A stretch of DNA of 20,000 bases from an uncultured virus (IMG/VR IMGVR_UViG_3300017730_000004). Its lineage: Duplodnaviria > Heunggongvirae > Uroviricota > Caudoviricetes. Below, in pieces: positions 16,260 through 20,000 of this stretch. The first letter of the stretch is position 1; each line of letters opens with the position of its first letter. Location of the stretch: IMG/VR virus record IMGVR_UViG_3300017730_000004; one strand, written 5' to 3'. The notes under the pieces are model-generated. The model saw nothing but the letters and a program-made list of their open reading frames with translations, made no database searches and was not told the origin of the DNA. A program made the position numbers and the translations under genes.

Positions 16260-16830
16260 CTTCTGTTACCAAGACTCTATCTTCGTTGATATAACCAATG
16301 TAAACATCTATTCCAAATACTTTAGAATGATGTTCCATGATTGAAATTTCTGATTTGTGTGGATATTCTATATCTAACTGTTCTAATCTTCTACGTAAGT
16401 GATACACTCCACCAGCCTGTAATTTACCGACTGACATAGATTCTTCTAGAACCTCTGCATCTACCTTACCCAGTTCTTTTAGATGTCTATAGAACTTCTC
16501 ACATAGTTCTTCCATTTGGTCTTCTTCTAACTCATTCTGTTCCTTCAACATAAGAAGTGCAACAGCATAAGATGCAAATTGTGATTTACCAAATGGTACC
16601 TTGTTTATTATTTTCTTTAGATTGAATACTACACGATGTAGAGGTGTCAAGGAAGCTTTCTCTGCAGAAGTTTCGGGTTTGTTGTCAACCATCTTTCCGT
16701 CAACATCTATCTTTTTAATTCTAGTTCCTTTGTTGTCGATAAACCCAAATTTATATGCCTGCATCTTCTCCCAAGGTGTTGTCAACATCTTGAGCATTCT
16801 AAAGACTATTAAAGTATCTACTATTCTCAT
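16246..16830 (-). CDS. Conserved T4-like hypothetical protein
   Basis: FRMLKMLTTPWEK..AYKFGFIDNKG, TPLHRVVFNLKKII, ASYAVALLMLKE. Recalled as conserved in large T4-like phages. Confidence 0.8.
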   Translation of the reverse strand: MRIVDTLIVFRMLKMLTTPWEKMQAYKFGFIDNKGTRIKKIDVDGKMVDNKPETSAEKASLTPLHRVVFNLKKIINKVPFGKSQFASYAVALLMLKEQNELEEDQMEELCEKFYRHLKELGKVDAEVLEESMSVGKLQAGGVYHLRRRLEQLDIEYPHKSEISIMEHHSKVFGIDVYIGYINEDRVLVTEDDVY

Positions 16831-16835
16831 ATATC

Positions 16836-16842
16836 TATTTAG
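16836..16842 (-). promoter_or_regulatory. Late-type promoter CTAAATA, 5 nt before ATG
   Basis: CTAAATA-GATAT-ATG, no Shine-Dalgarno. Confidence 0.65.
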
Positions 16843-16855
16843 GTGTTTTGAGCAG

Positions 16856-16931
16856 TGGAGCTCCCAAACCGATTCGAACGGTTGACCTACTGATTACAAA
16901 TCAGTTGCTCTACCAGCTGAGCTATGGGAGC
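16856..16931 (-). tRNA. tRNA-Thr(TGT)
   Basis: GCTCCCATAGCTCAGCTGGTAGAGCA-ACTGA-TT-TGT-AA-TCAGT-AGGTCAACCGTTCGAATCGGTTTGGGAGCT-CCA: 76 nt, perfect acceptor stem. Confidence 0.97.
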
Positions 16932-17303
16932 TTACAATTCTCTCAATCTTTGTGCAATCACATCGTCAATTGGTAATTCGGGTTCGAAGTCCTGTGTGAT
17001 GTAATCTAGGTATAGTAGTAAGGTTTTGATTGAAGACCAATATCTATCTTCTTTTATTTTGAATTTCAACATTCTCATACATGGTTCGTATCCAAATACA
17101 TTGAATAGACATATAAGATGATTGAGTAACAGGCGTTCTCTTAGTTCACCACTCTCATGGTATCTGAATAGTAATCTTTTAAGATATCTGAATCTACGTA
17201 AATCCTCTTGGAAGTCTTCCATGTCCTCACATTGAGGGTCATCATAGTGCTTCATAGCATATGCAGAAAAGTTTTTTGCTGTTAGTTTGTCAAAAAGACT
17301 CAT
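16932..17303 (-). CDS. Conserved T4-like hypothetical protein
   Basis: NF..YAMKHYDDPQC..FQEDLRRFRYLKRLL..GELRERLLLNHLI.LFNVFG. Recalled as conserved in marine T4-like phages. Confidence 0.82.
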   Translation of the reverse strand: MSLFDKLTAKNFSAYAMKHYDDPQCEDMEDFQEDLRRFRYLKRLLFRYHESGELRERLLLNHLICLFNVFGYEPCMRMLKFKIKEDRYWSSIKTLLLYLDYITQDFEPELPIDDVIAQRLREL

Positions 17304-17321
17304 AATATAATTTTAAATAGT

Positions 17322-17346
17322 GGTCTACCATGGTATTTAGTAGACC
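17322..17346 (-). promoter_or_regulatory. Inverted repeat containing late-type promoter CTAAATA (17340-17334)
   Basis: GGTCTACTA-AATACCA-TGGTAGACC: 9-bp stem with one G:U. Confidence 0.6.
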
Positions 17347-17359
17347 TCTAAGGAAGGTT

Positions 17360-17758
17360 TTAGACCAATGAACCGTATACTTTGTAACTGTTGTTCATTA
17401 ACCTTTCGTATTTCACATTAAGTGAAACTAGTTTTTCTTCTTTTTCGAACTCATCATGTGGTGTATCCACTGATTTTCCAAATGTTTCACCATATCTTGA
17501 GAAAGAAAGGTCAAACTCTCCACTTTCGTTGAACTCAACATCATCATGTTTCATCATTGCAAGTCCAAGTTGTTCGAGTTTTGCCTTCATTTGTTCGACT
17601 GCAGCTTGTGGGTTCATGTATTCTGAACTTGCTGTATGTCCTAAGACAGCATTGATTTTAGCCTTAACTTCTGCATCATCAATGTCGTGTGGTATTTCTG
17701 TTGAAGAAAGTCCACCAACTTGTTTTGTTTCTGTTATGAATTGACTGAATTTTTTCAT
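17360..17758 (-). CDS. Putative internal head protein with capsid-targeting sequence
   Basis: N-terminus MKKFSQFITE matches the T4 internal-protein CTS (IPIII MKTYQEFIAE). Confidence 0.72.
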   Translation of the reverse strand: MKKFSQFITETKQVGGLSSTEIPHDIDDAEVKAKINAVLGHTASSEYMNPQAAVEQMKAKLEQLGLAMMKHDDVEFNESGEFDLSFSRYGETFGKSVDTPHDEFEKEEKLVSLNVKYERLMNNSYKVYGSLV

Positions 17759-17768
17759 AATTTTTTTC

Positions 17769-17996
17769 CTATTGTGCGTCGTAGTAATTTTTATTTAGTT
17801 CACCACGAACTATTGTTTCACCGACTTTTCTACATTTAATGTAGACTCTTTCTGTATTACCACCAATCGATGTAAATGTTCTAATACCGTTTGTTACAGT
17901 TCCGTTGGATTCGGAGTATGTTTCTGCATCTGATTTAGTTGCAGCGTTATCATACTCCCAAATTCCACCCGAACCTGTGACTGCTACGTACGCCAT
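17769..17996 (-). CDS. Small hypothetical protein, probably structural
   Basis: 75 aa, Gly/Thr/Ser-rich, in a late gene block. Confidence 0.65.
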   Translation of the reverse strand: MAYVAVTGSGGIWEYDNAATKSDAETYSESNGTVTNGIRTFTSIGGNTERVYIKCRKVGETIVRGELNKNYYDAQ

Positions 17997-18004
17997 TACT
18001 TAAC

Positions 18005-18577
18005 TTATGCTACTGCAGTAAGTGTACCAGCTGCAGTTCCAATACCTGCTATTGAGGTAATTGTTGATACAGTTGAAGTACCTTTGTCTTTAATGGTTCC
18101 ACTGTTTAGTGATACTGGGTTTGCACCAAAACTTAGTACATCATCAGCTGCAATCGCTGCATTCGCTGCACCGTATGTAATTGTGAATGTAAGTTCATTA
18201 GTACCTGTTCCACTTGCATATGATAATACATGTGGGCCTCTTCCACTTCCACTACCTTGGTTACCGTTAGTAACTGATAGTTGAGGTGTTCCAGTAACGT
18301 CTACTGCTTCGTTAAATATAACTTTTGCAGATAGAGTTCCACCAGCAGAAACGTCCCATCCAGTTGAAACCCAATCGATATCAGTGATATCAGCTGCTCC
18401 AAGAGCAGTTGTAAGTGCAGAACTAGACCATGCGACTAATACTTCAGTCAATGTTCTTGAACCCACTACTTTTTTTAATTCCCAACCATATGGTTTAGCT
18501 TGAGTATTTGTTTTGTCGGCTGCAGATAACCAGTTAGGTTTTGATTCTGAACCACTTGTATGTCCCCAAAGTGCCAT
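18005..18577 (-). CDS. Putative virion structural protein with Ig-like C-terminal domain
   Basis: MALWG N-terminus. VIFNEAVDVTGTPQL...YASGTGTNELTFT beta-sandwich motif. GGAG RBS and late promoter upstream. Confidence 0.72.
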   Translation of the reverse strand: MALWGHTSGSESKPNWLSAADKTNTQAKPYGWELKKVVGSRTLTEVLVAWSSSALTTALGAADITDIDWVSTGWDVSAGGTLSAKVIFNEAVDVTGTPQLSVTNGNQGSGSGRGPHVLSYASGTGTNELTFTITYGAANAAIAADDVLSFGANPVSLNSGTIKDKGTSTVSTITSIAGIGTAAGTLTAVA

Positions 18578-18597
18578 TTTATTTCTCCGTTATAGAT

Positions 18598-19143
18598 TTA
18601 TTTAGCGACTCTTAATATTGTATCAAAAGTCTTTTTAAAAGATTTTATATCTTTTTGTAAAAGTCGTGAGTATTTATCTCTTAAGGCGGGCTTAACAGAC
18701 ATTAATGCCTGATAAACTTTGGCTGCATCTTGATGCTTTACCTTCAACTTTTTCATATCATCCGTTCTTACTTCCGTATCTCGTTTAGTATCAATCATTT
18801 TTGATAACTGAACAAGAACGTTTGCATCGGGTCTTAATTGCATTCCCTTTGCTTTTGAGTTAAAAGCATCGATTGCTCTATCGATAACCTCATCCTCTTG
18901 TGCTTCTGAATACTTTCCACCAGCCATTGTACTGATTTTCTGTATCATCGCACGCAATTCTTTCTCTGATTTTGCCTTTGATACTGCACGTGCAATCTTC
19001 TTATTGCCACCGTCACTCATCATTGCAAAATCTGAAGCCTTCTCCATTACGGCATTGGTCTTCTTTGCAGCGTCTTTTACGTATCCTAACTTCTTAAGTT
19101 TCTCCTTAAAAAGTTTGTATCTCGCATCACCTTTGACGCTCAT
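18598..19143 (-). CDS. Lys-rich helical hypothetical protein, possibly head-internal
   Basis: 181 aa, starts immediately after the upstream stop. C-terminal domain resembles a domain of the upstream ORF. Confidence 0.7.
   Translation of the reverse strand: MSVKGDARYKLFKEKLKKLGYVKDAAKKTNAVMEKASDFAMMSDGGNKKIARAVSKAKSEKELRAMIQKISTMAGGKYSEAQEDEVIDRAIDAFNSKAKGMQLRPDANVLVQLSKMIDTKRDTEVRTDDMKKLKVKHQDAAKVYQALMSVKPALRDKYSRLLQKDIKSFKKTFDTILRVAK
18599..18605 (-). promoter_or_regulatory. Late-type promoter CTAAATA
   Basis: Overlaps the GCT AAA TAA end of the upstream gene, ahead of the RBS for 18005-18577. Confidence 0.55.
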
Positions 19144-20000
19144 TTACTTCTCGTCAAAGTGTGTAATTGTTGAAGGGTCACCATATGATGATTTACCTCT
19201 TGCAACTGCATCAAAGTCTCTGAGTTTCTTCTTAGTTCCACTCATAACGATTACTGTATCTTTCTTACCTTTATCCATAGTAATCTTTAAACCCATCATT
19301 TTTGCAGAACGAATAAATTTTTGTTCTTCGGGTTTCTGCATTCCTTTAACTCTGTAAGTAATCATCTCTTCTGAAATAGTATCTCCTTCCATGTTGTCAC
19401 CCATTTTCTGCATCATTCTTTGTGCAAGGTCGACAAGTGTAGAGATATTTGACTTCTCCATTTTCTTTTTGTTTTGGTCGTTTACTTTACTGTAGATTTG
19501 TGTAATCATTGATGCAGTAAACATATCAATCATTATACCACCAACTTTAGCTGCACCTTTAGTGTCAACAATCTTTTGAACATCTGGCATAAGGTTTTTA
19601 CCTTCTGAGATTGTTTCTTCACCTTTAAGTAATTTACCTGTTTGAAGTGTTCCGATAAGTGTAACGACTTTATCTCTTGCATCTAAAATTGATTTATAAG
19701 TATCGTTGTGTTTTGTATCTTTGAGTTCTTTATCACCCATTCCAGTGATTTTTTGATAACCTTTTAATACGCTTTGCATATCTTTAGAAAGTTTTTGTAC
19801 TGCTTTAATTTCTTTATCAGTTGTTTCTGATACTTCTTCTTTCTTATTCTTAAGAGACTTACCTTCTTTTAATCCTTTTAGATTACCACGGTATTTGATT
19901 TTATCTTTACCTTCTTCTACTTCGTCTTCTTTAACTACTGCTTGACTCCAACCACCACCGTGGTCTTCTGCAGTCTTTAGTTTACTTAATGCAACATATA
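19144..20000 (-). CDS. Large Lys/Glu-rich putative prohead core/internal protein, C-terminal part, 5'-truncated by the window edge
   Basis: Frame stays open from 19779 to the window end (...YVALSKLKTAEDHGGGWSQAVVKEDEVEEGKDKIKYRGNLKGLKEGKSLKNKKEEVSETTDK...). Repeated [ILV]xE motifs between small domains. Confidence 0.72.
   Translation of the reverse strand, partial: YVALSKLKTAEDHGGGWSQAVVKEDEVEEGKDKIKYRGNLKGLKEGKSLKNKKEEVSETTDKEIKAVQKLSKDMQSVLKGYQKITGMGDKELKDTKHNDTYKSILDARDKVVTLIGTLQTGKLLKGEETISEGKNLMPDVQKIVDTKGAAKVGGIMIDMFTASMITQIYSKVNDQNKKKMEKSNISTLVDLAQRMMQKMGDNMEGDTISEEMITYRVKGMQKPEEQKFIRSAKMMGLKITMDKGKKDTVIVMSGTKKKLRDFDAVARGKSSYGDPSTITHFDEK

Noticed and set aside
975..19357. All plus-strand ORFs in the track (e.g. 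1494-1811, 4434-4742, 9595-9909, 17391-17744, 19004-19357)
   Set aside because: Each lies antisense to a motif-supported minus-strand gene or tRNA, with no RBS and no recognisable domain. Treated as shadow ORFs.
1..20000. CRISPR array, prophage att site at tRNAs, stop-codon reassignment or selenocysteine
   Set aside because: No repeat-spacer array, integrase or duplicated tRNA 3' end seen. TAA, TAG and TGA all terminate genes normally and core genes are intact in the standard code.
1..20000. Assignment as a cyanophage
   Set aside because: Several families are shared with cyanophages, but no photosynthesis or other cyanobacterial marker gene is in the window. The host cannot be fixed from this sequence.

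Overview
AT-rich segment of a T4-like myophage genome, most similar in gene content to marine T4-like phages. All credible genes are on the minus strand. In transcription order (right to left) the window holds: putative internal-head and virion proteins, conserved T4-like hypotheticals, tRNA-Thr(TGT), a PAP2-family phosphatase, a membrane coiled-coil protein, two small acidic proteins, gp61 primase, class Ia ribonucleotide reductase (nrdA, nrdB) and glutaredoxin interleaved with a 2OG-Fe(II) oxygenase and a QueC-like PP-loop protein, an HExxH protein, a HAD 5'(3')-deoxyribonucleotidase, tRNA-Arg(TCT), an i-spanin/o-spanin pair, a cluster of further 2OG-Fe(II) oxygenases (six in the window), tRNA-Ala(TGC) and the start of a TorF-like outer-membrane porin. 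Three real ORFs missing from the ORF track were read by hand. The most unusual signal is in expression architecture. Three promoters (two sigma70-type, one T4 late-type) put the predicted +1 on the ATG, implying leaderless mRNAs. Two tRNAs begin on the base directly after an upstream TAA. Two late promoters sit inside RNA hairpins. Family assignments come from recognising motifs by eye, not from database searches.
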